The notes beneath the pieces were generated by a model that worked only from the letters and a program-made list of their open reading frames with translations, was not told where the DNA came from and ran no database searches. A stretch of 64,000 nucleotides of DNA from an uncultured Thermoanaerobaculia bacterium. Its GTDB lineage: Bacteria; Acidobacteriota; Thermoanaerobaculia; Thermoanaerobaculales; Sulfomarinibacteraceae. The position numbers were made by a program, and so were the translations under genes. The DNA lies in contig CAZKGM010000001.1 in NCBI GenBank assembly GCA_964552395.1, positions 72,408-136,407 on the forward strand, read 5' to 3'. Positions 21,013 to 29,456 of the stretch are shown here, in pieces (position 1 is the stretch's first letter; each line of letters begins with the position of its first letter).

Positions 21013-21250
21013 GCCGTGCATCTCATTGTCGCGCGGCTGCAGCACGCGATGCCCCGGCGCTGGCCGTCCTCTCTCTCGATGCGGCTCACTGGGCGAGGGT
21101 TTTACACAGGTTTCACCTTCACGGGAAGTCTTGCGTTGGCTTTACTTGCGTGGCCAACGCCGGCAGGAGCGTGCTTCTCTAACCCGAGGAAGGCGGCCGG
21201 CTTGCAGTGCTGGTATGGTCCGGGCACCGGGTGGTTGCTAGACTCACTCC

Positions 21251-21931
21251 GTGGGGATCTTCGTTCTTCGCCTCGATCTCGATCTGAAGGACTCGCTCGC
21301 CCGTCGGATCCAGCCTGAAGCGCTGGTCGTGCAGGAGGACCGCAATCTGGTCATGAGTGCGCCGGCGGCGGTCGACCTCGACGTCGAAGACGAGCTGGAC
21401 GCCGCCTACGTGGCCATCTCGGCCCATCGGCCGCTACCGGTCGGCCGATATCTGCTGCGACGGCCCCGAGCGATCGCACCGTACTGGACCTACCAGGCCG
21501 TCGTTCACGACCTGGAGCAAAGCCCGACCTGCCGGCCGGGAGATGTCCGCCGAAGCCTGATTGCTATCCTCTCGGATGCGCAGAAGCGCGGTCTCGAGCA
21601 CCTCGCCGTCGAGCCCATCGGGCATTGGCGTGATGCGGGCCTGCCCTTCACCGAGATGGTCGAGGCCCTCGATGCCACGATCTTCGAGCTGACGCGCCGA
21701 CTCGTGAGCCCGTGCCGTATGACCCTGCTTCTGGACAACCTGGAGCAGCTGGAAGAGGTCTCGCACCTGCTGAGATCGCGGCTCCTGCGGAGAGCGAGTC
21801 GGAGCTTTCATATCGTCACGGGAGACGTCGCTGTGGTCGAGGTTCGAGAGCGTGGAGACCGTCTCCATTTTCGGTTCGTGCCGGGCTCGCTCTCGGGCTA
21901 CATGGTGACGAGATCGGGTGATGTGGCGTGA
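21251..21931 (+). CDS. Hypothetical protein (weak macro-domain-like pattern); start uncertain (GTG 21251 or ATG 21353)
   Basis: This is the only long sense ORF between the ClpX-like gene and the FHA regulator. QAVVHDL...RRSLIAILSDAQKRGLEHLAVEPIGHWRDAGLPFTEMVEAL loosely resembles the C-terminal half of a macro fold. Confidence 0.45.
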   Translation: MGIFVLRLDLDLKDSLARRIQPEALVVQEDRNLVMSAPAAVDLDVEDELDAAYVAISAHRPLPVGRYLLRRPRAIAPYWTYQAVVHDLEQSPTCRPGDVRRSLIAILSDAQKRGLEHLAVEPIGHWRDAGLPFTEMVEALDATIFELTRRLVSPCRMTLLLDNLEQLEEVSHLLRSRLLRRASRSFHIVTGDVAVVEVRERGDRLHFRFVPGSLSGYMVTRSGDVA

Positions 21932-22002
21932 TGTCGTCGCGCCCCGCCCGGGCAGCCTGCGCCCCGAGACATGGTGTAGAGTGAGTCCTCGGGGGAGCGA
22001 AG

Positions 22003-23811
22003 ATGGCGCACTACATCTTGGTATACAGTCACCCCGAGCTCGGGGAGCAGCGCTTTGAGCTGAGACGTGATGGCACCTACCGGATTGGCTCCCGCGGTAG
22101 CAATGACATCGTCATCGCACAGGATGACGTCTCACGCCACCACGCCGTTCTCAAGGTTCGGGCAAACGGCTTTCACATCACGGATCTCGGCAGTAAGAAC
22201 GGTACGTTCGTCAACGGCACACGTGTGACGGCGGCCGAGCTGCAGTGCGGAGACCAGATCCAGGTTTCTTCTGCCACGTTGGTTCTGGTGGAGGTGTCTT
22301 CGGGCACGTTCGCGATCGCCCCTGAGATTCGTCCCACTCCGCGCCTCGAAGGTGAGCAGGGTGAACGAGAGGACACGGTTCAGTACAAGAGTGAAGCGAC
22401 GGTGGAGGACATCGTCGAGCTCCTCGAGGTTGGGGCGCGCACCATGCACGGTGGGTCCCTGACAATGCTCCTCAGATGGATCTGTGACAGGTTCCGACTG
22501 AACGGCGTCATGATCCTGGGTCTGGACCGTCGGGATGTGGCTCTGGTCTCGAGTGCAGGAGACCTCGGCTCGCTGGTGAGTGATGTCTCGGCGCTGGCAC
22601 GGAGCCTCGGCCCGCTCGATCGACAGCAGAATCTGGACCGTCCAACCGTGAGACAGGTTGAGAGCGCCGGTGAGAATCTGCTGGTTGCCAACGTTGGTCC
22701 GCAACACCTCCTCGTCGTTCGCTACGGTGGAGACCCGCCCGCAGTCGCGGACACACGGGCCGTGATCGCGGCCGTTGATACAGCCCTTCACAAGGAAAGC
22801 ACTTCAGGTGTGGTCAAGGCAGATGGCGGCGCGCAGCCGATGCCCTCGGACGGCGCGGCCCTGGACATGATCCTCGGTGCCTCGTCCGCGCTTCAGTCCT
22901 GCAAGCGTCTCGCTGTCGAGTATGCCCACCAGGACGAACCCGTGATGATCACCGGCGAAAGCGGCACCGGCAAGGAGCTCTTTGCGCGCGCCGTTCATGC
23001 CCTGTCCCGGAGACGCCAAGCCGCGTTCGTCGCGGTCAACTGCGCCGCGATTCCCGCCGATCTTATCGAGGCAGAGCTGTTCGGCGTCGCCCCTGGAGCT
23101 GCGACGGGCGTTGGATCACGTCCCGGCAAGTTCCAGAGCGCGTCAGGGGGGACCTTGTTCCTGGATGAGATCGGCGATCTGCCGGTGAACCTGCAAGGAA
23201 AGCTCCTGAGGGTTCTGGAGGCAGGCGAGCTGTACCGTGTGGGCGATGACAAACCGACGACCTGTGAGGCGCGTGTGGTCTCCGCGACGAACCGGGACCT
23301 TGAGCAGGACGTTCGAGCTGCGCGGTTTCGCTCGGATCTCTTTTACCGGTTGCATGTCCTGCACCTGCACATTCCCCCGCTCCGCGAGAGGCAACAGGAC
23401 ATTCCACCCCTCGTCAACTGCTTTCTCGAAAGCGCTGCGAGGCGGGTCGGAAGGCGGGTCTCGGGCGTGACCGTCAGAGCACTTGATGCCCTGACAGCGT
23501 ACGGTTGGCCGGGCAATGTCCGTGAGCTGAGGAGCGAGCTGGTGCGCGCCGTGGCTTCCGTGACAGACGGTGCAGTTGTCGATCTCAGGAGTCTGTCACC
23601 CGCTGTCAGCGGTGCGCGGGCGCGACCGGCCGGCGGCCCGGCTCTGGATGAGCTCGAGGGGCTGCGCCTGGATGAGGCGCGACAGATCCTCGAGCAATGG
23701 CTCATCGAGCGCGCTCTCGAGACGGCGGGTGGCAATCAAAGCCGTGCTGCAGAAAGCCTTGGCCTCTCTCGCGCCGGTCTCTACAAGAAGATGAAGCGAC
23801 TGGGAGTCTAA
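22003..23811 (+). CDS. FHA-domain bacterial enhancer-binding protein (sigma-54-activator-type AAA+ with Fis-type HTH), GAFTGA motif degenerate
   Basis: N-terminal FHA (YRIGSRGSNDIVI...VSRHHAVL...DLGSKNGTFVNG). AAA+ core (ITGESGTGKE, GGTLFLDEIG, RVVSATN, FRSDLFYRL). C-terminal HTH (NQSRAAESLGLSRAGLYKKMKRLG). GAATGV stands in place of GAFTGA. Confidence 0.88.
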   Translation: MAHYILVYSHPELGEQRFELRRDGTYRIGSRGSNDIVIAQDDVSRHHAVLKVRANGFHITDLGSKNGTFVNGTRVTAAELQCGDQIQVSSATLVLVEVSSGTFAIAPEIRPTPRLEGEQGEREDTVQYKSEATVEDIVELLEVGARTMHGGSLTMLLRWICDRFRLNGVMILGLDRRDVALVSSAGDLGSLVSDVSALARSLGPLDRQQNLDRPTVRQVESAGENLLVANVGPQHLLVVRYGGDPPAVADTRAVIAAVDTALHKESTSGVVKADGGAQPMPSDGAALDMILGASSALQSCKRLAVEYAHQDEPVMITGESGTGKELFARAVHALSRRRQAAFVAVNCAAIPADLIEAELFGVAPGAATGVGSRPGKFQSASGGTLFLDEIGDLPVNLQGKLLRVLEAGELYRVGDDKPTTCEARVVSATNRDLEQDVRAARFRSDLFYRLHVLHLHIPPLRERQQDIPPLVNCFLESAARRVGRRVSGVTVRALDALTAYGWPGNVRELRSELVRAVASVTDGAVVDLRSLSPAVSGARARPAGGPALDELEGLRLDEARQILEQWLIERALETAGGNQSRAAESLGLSRAGLYKKMKRLGV

Positions 23812-23837
23812 GCCGCACTTCTCACCACTTTGCGGCT
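23811..23837 (+). terminator. Hairpin immediately after the regulator stop codon
   Basis: agccgca (23811-17) / 13-nt loop / tgcggct (23831-37). No U-tract. Confidence 0.3.
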
Positions 23838-24092
23838 GTGATATGCGATGCACCGGTGCCGGTGACGTTGTTTCACCTCAAGGTACTCCATCTCACGCTC
23901 GCCCCTCCGGGCCCTGACGCCCTTGACGCGGTCGCCCTGACGGGCGGCGCATGAGGTCCCTGCCGGTTCCCGAGGACGCCCCTGCGCCAGCTTGCTCCTC
24001 ATTGCACCGCAAGTGAACAGGGGTCTCTCAGCGTGTCCTGTGTGCTGCCGCAGGTTTCCGACGTCTGCTAACTCCGGTAGACAGTCCTGCAG

Positions 24093-24797
24093 ATGTCCGA
24101 GGGCACCAAGCTGAAGAAGTCGAGACCTGACGGTCGCTTGCCTTGCGTGCTCGAGATGGAACGGGACTTGCTTGAGACAAGCCTAAGGATGGCGGGGAGG
24201 ATCATGCGAGCTGTTCGATCGACGGCGGTGGGTAGAGGGGCCGACGGGAGCAGTCAAGACTTCATCAACGAGGTGCTCAGCCTTGGGAGGGAGCTTGTGG
24301 GCTCGTTGGAGAGGTCGATTGTCAGTGTGGGACACGGTTTGGCAAGCACCGTTGTGCCTGCTGGCAAACTCAGGCTTCTTGTTCTTGGCTTGCCCATTCC
24401 GGTCTTCGGTTACATCGGGGATGACAATCAAGAAGTCCTTCAGCAGGTGACTGAGTTTCTGCGGCGGTCTCTGGAGGGCGAGCTGAGAAACGGGCACCGG
24501 CTTGCGCTCCACACGTTCACGTGCTGTCTTCACGTCCTCGACCACCGTCAGATCCTGGGGTGGCTGCCCCAGGTCGGTCGGCTCGCGAAGCGGGGTGAGC
24601 CAGCATTTCTGGGTGCGCAGCTCGTGACCCTCTACCCATTCACGGAGGAGGAGATCCGACACTGGCCGCAGGCGCCCCCTGGCGCGCTTGCCTGTGCGCT
24701 GTGCTTGGAGCAGATGATAGGTGATGTGTACTCGTTCATGGACCAGCTGCTGGCTGAGCGCTGTCGCTCGGCCTCCAGACAGGGGGAACGGATGTAG
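24093..24797 (+). CDS. Orphan hypothetical protein (no family recognised)
   Basis: 234-aa ORF. By hand count it has more G/C at third positions than the overlapping antisense frame. A canonical terminator lies 44 nt downstream. Many CTT/TTG/AGG/AGA codons, unlike neighbouring genes. Confidence 0.45.
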   Translation: MSEGTKLKKSRPDGRLPCVLEMERDLLETSLRMAGRIMRAVRSTAVGRGADGSSQDFINEVLSLGRELVGSLERSIVSVGHGLASTVVPAGKLRLLVLGLPIPVFGYIGDDNQEVLQQVTEFLRRSLEGELRNGHRLALHTFTCCLHVLDHRQILGWLPQVGRLAKRGEPAFLGAQLVTLYPFTEEEIRHWPQAPPGALACALCLEQMIGDVYSFMDQLLAERCRSASRQGERM

Positions 24798-24840
24798 TTT
24801 GCACCGGAACCGGGCGTATTCAAGACCCTCCATCCTCATC

Positions 24841-24891
24841 GTGACCGTGGGTCCGTCCTCCCTCAATCCCACGGTCACCCTTTTTTTCCCC
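24841..24891 (+). terminator. Rho-independent terminator
   Basis: gtgaccgtggg (24841-51) / 16-nt loop / cccacggtcac (24868-78) forms a perfect 11-bp stem, followed by cctttttttcccc (7 consecutive T). Confidence 0.8.
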
Positions 24892-24992
24892 TTGCACAGG
24901 CCTGGGATTCGGCGAATGAACGATCTCACCGCAGGAGGGTACGGCTGCTGCGGGGGCTTGACAGCATCGCTGCGATCTCTCCGGAAGGGGCG

Positions 24993-25580
24993 GTGTATCA
25001 TGACGCGGTGAAGGTATATACGAAGATGGGAGACCGGGGTGAGACGTCGCTCTTCTCTGGGGGACGGGTGCGGAAGAGCCACCCGCGGGTAGAGGCGTAC
25101 GGGACTGTGGACGAGCTTGGATCGGCTCTCGGGCTGCTTGTCACAGAGCTCTCTGACGCGAGTGCGAAGGGGCACCTCCACACCGCCCAGGCGGCGCTGC
25201 TGGCCATCGGGAGCGCTCTTGCAGATCCTGAGGGCCGCATGGCACAGGATCCGGCAAGCTGGGATGCAGCTCAGCTTGAGGCGTGGATCGATGAGATGAG
25301 CGCCGAGCTGCCACCATTGACGGCCTTCATACTCCCGGGGGGCAGCCGTGCGGCCGCCGTCTCCCACGTGGCTCGCACCGTATGCCGACGTGCGGAGCGA
25401 CGGGTCCAGAACGTCGACACCGCGGAGGAGCCGGTACCCGCCGGTATCCTGTCCTATCTCAACCGCCTGTCGGACGCCTTGTTCGTCCTTGCCCGCCTGT
25501 CGAATCACAGGCAGGGTGTTGACAGCCCGGAGTGGCGACCGCGGCCCGCCGACCCCAGCGGGGGCGCTACCGGGGCGTGA
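24993..25580 (+). CDS. ATP:cob(I)alamin adenosyltransferase, PduO type
   Basis: VKVYTKMGDRGETSLFSGGRV.K...RVEAYGTVDEL is the PduO-type N-terminal signature. The start is GTG at 24993 or 25008. Confidence 0.88.
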   Translation: MYHDAVKVYTKMGDRGETSLFSGGRVRKSHPRVEAYGTVDELGSALGLLVTELSDASAKGHLHTAQAALLAIGSALADPEGRMAQDPASWDAAQLEAWIDEMSAELPPLTAFILPGGSRAAAVSHVARTVCRRAERRVQNVDTAEEPVPAGILSYLNRLSDALFVLARLSNHRQGVDSPEWRPRPADPSGGATGA

Positions 25581-25779
25581 TACGCCGGGCTGGTACACTA
25601 TGCGTATGGTCACCGAACCCTCGGAGCCCGATCCGGTACCCCCCCCGGCCCCGGGACGTCCCTCCCTCGCGATCGATGGCCGGCTCTGAGTTCCGCAGGG
25701 AAAGCTGCCGCCGGCGAGGTGCCGGCGCGGAGAGGGCGGGCCAGCGGTCCCCTGACGACCGAGCCCGGACAGAGGCGCA

Positions 25780-26760
25780 ATGCAGAAGCTGACCATCCAT
25801 GAGCGCCATGCCAAGCGTCTCTTCGGTATCCAGGATGAGAATCTGCGCTACCTTGAGGACCGCTTGCGGGTTACCCTCAGCGCCCGCGGTACCGAGGTGA
25901 TGATCACCGGCGACTCCGGGGCCGAGCAGATCACGGCTCGACTCCTGACATCGTTCGATAGCCTGATTGCGGCCGGCTGCGAGATCGGCCGCGAGGAGTT
26001 CAGGACCGGCGTCCGCGTCCTCGAAGAGGACCTCGAGATCGACCTCGTTGAGTTCTTCCTCGACACCAGCATTCCAGATGCCCTGAAGCGCTACGTTGTC
26101 CCACGGAACATGACCCAGCGGCTGTTCGTGCAGTCGATCGTCAAGCATGACTACGTTTTCGCCACCGGTCCGGCGGGGACAGGCAAGACCTACCTGGCCG
26201 TGGCGATGGCTGCCGCGTACCTTCTCGACAAGCAGGTCCGCAGGATTGTCCTCACCCGACCGGCTGTGGAAGCGGGGGAACGGCTCGGCTTTCTACCCGG
26301 CGACCTGGCGGAGAAGATCAACCCCTACCTCCGTCCGATCTATGACGCTCTGTACGATATTCTCGGATACGAGAAGGTCTCCCGCCTGATGGAACGACAG
26401 ATGATCGAGGTCGCCCCCCTCGCTTTCATGCGCGGAAGGACCTTGAACGACGCCTTCATCATCCTCGACGAGGCACAGAACACCACTCGCGAGCAAATGA
26501 AGATGTTCCTGACGCGGATGGGCTTCCACTCGAAGACCGTGATTACCGGAGACATAACGCAGATCGACCTTCAGGGTGGGAGGACATCGGGTATGGTCGA
26601 GGCGATCAGCGTCCTGCGAGATGTGGAAGGGATCGCCTTCATCGGCTTCACGCACCGGGATGTCGTGCGCCATCGGCTGGTGCAACGCATCGTGGACCGC
26701 TACGAGCAGTGGGAGATGCAGTCGGAAGGCCACGAGTCTGAGGGGCCGCGAGATGGTTAG
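25780..26760 (+). CDS. phoH: PhoH family ATPase (PhoH/YbeZ)
   Basis: Walker A GPAGTGKTYLAVA, ILDEAQN, GDITQIDL. Context upstream of ybeY. Confidence 0.95.
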   Translation: MQKLTIHERHAKRLFGIQDENLRYLEDRLRVTLSARGTEVMITGDSGAEQITARLLTSFDSLIAAGCEIGREEFRTGVRVLEEDLEIDLVEFFLDTSIPDALKRYVVPRNMTQRLFVQSIVKHDYVFATGPAGTGKTYLAVAMAAAYLLDKQVRRIVLTRPAVEAGERLGFLPGDLAEKINPYLRPIYDALYDILGYEKVSRLMERQMIEVAPLAFMRGRTLNDAFIILDEAQNTTREQMKMFLTRMGFHSKTVITGDITQIDLQGGRTSGMVEAISVLRDVEGIAFIGFTHRDVVRHRLVQRIVDRYEQWEMQSEGHESEGPRDG

Positions 26761-29062
26761 CGGCTCGGGCAGGACCGAGTCGGCGGCGGCAAGCCGTATT
26801 CAGCGCGGTCTCAAAGAACGCGCGGGATGGTGGGACCGGGTTCTCGAGCTTCCGCTCCTGTGGGCCGTGCTGGCGGTGGCGACGTGTGCCTGGTTGGTCA
26901 TGCCCCGGATCGGCAGTCGGCTTCCGGCCTGGGAGGCCGGTCAGGTGGCCACCTACGACATCGTGGTCACCCATGACATGGCGGTGCCGGACCAGACGGC
27001 CACCGAGGCGCTTCGAGAACAGGCGCAGGCCGAGGCCCTGCCGGTCTACGACCTGGCTCCAGGGCTTGGCACTGAGATGGTCGACGCGATCCGCGCGACC
27101 TTCGCCGTATGTCGCGTTGAGCTCAAGCAGGGAGAGCTGACGCAGGAGAACCTGAGCTCAGTTTCGGACCTCACGATTGATGCAGAGATGGTCAAGGTTC
27201 TGCACTCGGCTCAGTGCAGCGGCGAGCTCGAGCAGGCGGTGGTGGATGTGGTGCAACAGATCTACCACCAGCACGTGGTTGATGATCGCCGGATGCTCGA
27301 GCGTCGAGTGGGTGAGGGTCTGGTGATGCGGAACCTGGCGTCCGGCACCGAGCGTACGCTCGCGATCAGTGACCTGTCGTCGGTGATCGACCTCCGGTCG
27401 GAGCTCGAGCCGGCTATCCGGGCACACCTCCTCGAGCACGACGCCGTGAAGCGACGCTGGATCAAGCCAATCACGGCCTGGCTGGAGGCCAACCTGTCGC
27501 CGGACATGGTGTTCAACCGGGCGGAAACGGAGGCCCGCGTGAAGGCGGCAGCCGCGGCCGTCACTCCTCGGATGCAGATCTTCAAGAAGGGGCAGGTGAT
27601 CGTCCGGCGCGGTGATACGGTGACTCCGGCAGTGGCGCGCGCGCTGCGAGAGATGAACGAGCAACGTCAGGAGCTGACCAGCTACGCGACAATAGCCGGG
27701 ATCGTCTTGGTGGTGCTGTTGATCGTTGGCGGTTGGTGGTGCCTCCTACGCTGGTCGGGCCCGGCCGGCGAGTGGCGGCATCGCCTGTCGATCGTTTTTC
27801 TGCTGCTGGTGGTCTTTACTGCTGCGGAGCGGATGGGCCTGTTCCTGGCAAACGCGGTTGCACTGAACAGCCAAAGCTCGATCCTCTCCTCGCAGGATGC
27901 CTACCTGTGGGCGCTGCCCCACGCCGCAGGGCCGGTGGCCGCGCTGATGGTCCTCGGCCTGCAGCCGGCGATCCTGTTCTCGGTCTCGCAGGCGCTACTG
28001 GTCGGCCTGATGATGGGCGGAGATGTTTCGGTCGTGATCTATGCTCTGGCAGCCGGCGCCATAGGCATTCTTGCGGCCCAGAGGTTCAAGCAGCGAGCAG
28101 TGCTGACGCGAGTTGGTGCCGTCGTTGGCGTGGCCAACCTCCTCGTGATGGGCGTGGTCGAGCTCTACCGTGGGGTACCGGACGGTATCGGGCCGTATGC
28201 CCTCGGCGCAGTCTGCGCGCTTCTCGGGGGCCCTCTGGCGATGGGCACGGCGACCTTCTTCCTGCCGATTTTCGAGGGGCTGTTCGGAGTCACAACCGAT
28301 CTGCGGTTGCTCGAGCTCTCCAGTCAGAACTTGCCTCTTCTGAAACGGTTGTCACTGGAGGCGCCGGGCACCCACCAGCACTCGTTGGCTGTCGGCAACT
28401 TGGCGGAAGCGGGTGCCGATGCGGTGAACGCCAACGGTCTCCTGCTGCGGGTCTGCGCGTACTACCATGACGTCGGCAAGCTGGTGAAACCCGGGTACTT
28501 CGTGGAGAACCAGCACGGTGTGAACCCGCATGACAGCATTGCTCCCTCGATGTCGGCGTTGGTGATCATGAGCCATGTCAAGGAAGGCCTGGAAATGGCC
28601 CGCCGCGAGAAGCTCCCGCTTCCCATCCGACAGGCCATCGCCACGCACCACGGCACCAAGCTCATCCGCTACTTCTACTCCAAGGCAACGGCGGAGAAAG
28701 CGGCTCGGGAGAGGGAAGGTGGCGAGGTCCGGGAGAGTGACTACAGGTACCCCGGTCCAAAGCCGCACACGAAGGAGCTCGGGATTCTGCTGCTCGCGGA
28801 CGCTGTCGAGGCGGCTGCGAGAACACTGGATAACCCGACCCCCGGGAAGATTCGCAACATGGTGGAGCGGATCGTCAGCGATGCGCTCGCCGATGGACAG
28901 CTCGACCACTCGGAGCTCACTTTCAAGGAGCTCGAGAAGATCAGCTCGGCGTTCCTCTGGGTGTTGACGAATATGTATCACAGCCGCATCGACTATCCAG
29001 GCTTTGACTTCAACAGGAGGCAGCCCAAACGTGATTCGGGTGCACATCAGGTGGGATCGTAA
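26753..29062 (+). CDS. 7TM-receptor/HD-domain phosphohydrolase (PgpH/YqfF-like HDIG protein)
   Basis: ATG at 26753 overlaps the phoH stop. Large extracytoplasmic N-domain, 7 TM segments, and an HD domain (GTHQHSLAVGNLAE ... YYHDVGK ... HHG). Confidence 0.88.
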   Translation: MVSGSGRTESAAASRIQRGLKERAGWWDRVLELPLLWAVLAVATCAWLVMPRIGSRLPAWEAGQVATYDIVVTHDMAVPDQTATEALREQAQAEALPVYDLAPGLGTEMVDAIRATFAVCRVELKQGELTQENLSSVSDLTIDAEMVKVLHSAQCSGELEQAVVDVVQQIYHQHVVDDRRMLERRVGEGLVMRNLASGTERTLAISDLSSVIDLRSELEPAIRAHLLEHDAVKRRWIKPITAWLEANLSPDMVFNRAETEARVKAAAAAVTPRMQIFKKGQVIVRRGDTVTPAVARALREMNEQRQELTSYATIAGIVLVVLLIVGGWWCLLRWSGPAGEWRHRLSIVFLLLVVFTAAERMGLFLANAVALNSQSSILSSQDAYLWALPHAAGPVAALMVLGLQPAILFSVSQALLVGLMMGGDVSVVIYALAAGAIGILAAQRFKQRAVLTRVGAVVGVANLLVMGVVELYRGVPDGIGPYALGAVCALLGGPLAMGTATFFLPIFEGLFGVTTDLRLLELSSQNLPLLKRLSLEAPGTHQHSLAVGNLAEAGADAVNANGLLLRVCAYYHDVGKLVKPGYFVENQHGVNPHDSIAPSMSALVIMSHVKEGLEMARREKLPLPIRQAIATHHGTKLIRYFYSKATAEKAAREREGGEVRESDYRYPGPKPHTKELGILLLADAVEAAARTLDNPTPGKIRNMVERIVSDALADGQLDHSELTFKELEKISSAFLWVLTNMYHSRIDYPGFDFNRRQPKRDSGAHQVGS

Positions 29063-29456
29063 GCCGCTGCAGCCAACGGCGGAGGCCATGCGACGAGTCG
29101 TCGGCCTCACCTTGGGCAGTCTGGGGGTAAGTGACGCTGACGTGTCACTCCTGATCGCTGGAGACGATTGCATTCGCGAGCTCAACAGGTCCTACCGGGG
29201 AAACGATCGGGCCACCGATGTGCTGTCGTTCCCGGACGGTGATGAGCTGCCGGACGGAAGACGGTTGCTCGGCGAGATCGTGGTTTCCCTCGACACCGCC
29301 CGGGCGCAAGCTGAACGACTCGGTCACAGCGAGCTGAGAGAGCTTGAGGAGCTCGTGCTGCACGGTGTGCTTCACCTGCTTGGGCATGACCACGAGCATG
29401 ATGGTGGCGAGATGGACCGGCTGGAGCTCAAGCTGCGACGGGAGCTACTCCCATGA
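29031..29456 (+). CDS. ybeY: rRNA maturation endoribonuclease YbeY
   Basis: HGVLHLLGHDHEHD zinc motif. GTG start with aggagg RBS. Conserved phoH-HD-ybeY order. Confidence 0.92.
   Translation: MIRVHIRWDRKPLQPTAEAMRRVVGLTLGSLGVSDADVSLLIAGDDCIRELNRSYRGNDRATDVLSFPDGDELPDGRRLLGEIVVSLDTARAQAERLGHSELRELEELVLHGVLHLLGHDHEHDGGEMDRLELKLRRELLP

Noticed and set aside
24892-24992. Cobalamin riboswitch upstream of the cobalamin adenosyltransferase gene
   Set aside because: The spacer is only ~100 nt and I could not find a B12-box-like (AGYCMGG.G.CC) element.
24183-25814. 543-aa minus-strand ORF spanning the orphan gene and the adenosyltransferase gene
   Set aside because: It is antisense to a well-supported PduO-type adenosyltransferase. 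Its product is Arg/Pro/His-rich and low in complexity. Its codon triplets coincide with those of the plus-strand genes, which is the shadow-frame pattern typical of high-GC DNA, and by hand count it has fewer G/C at third positions.
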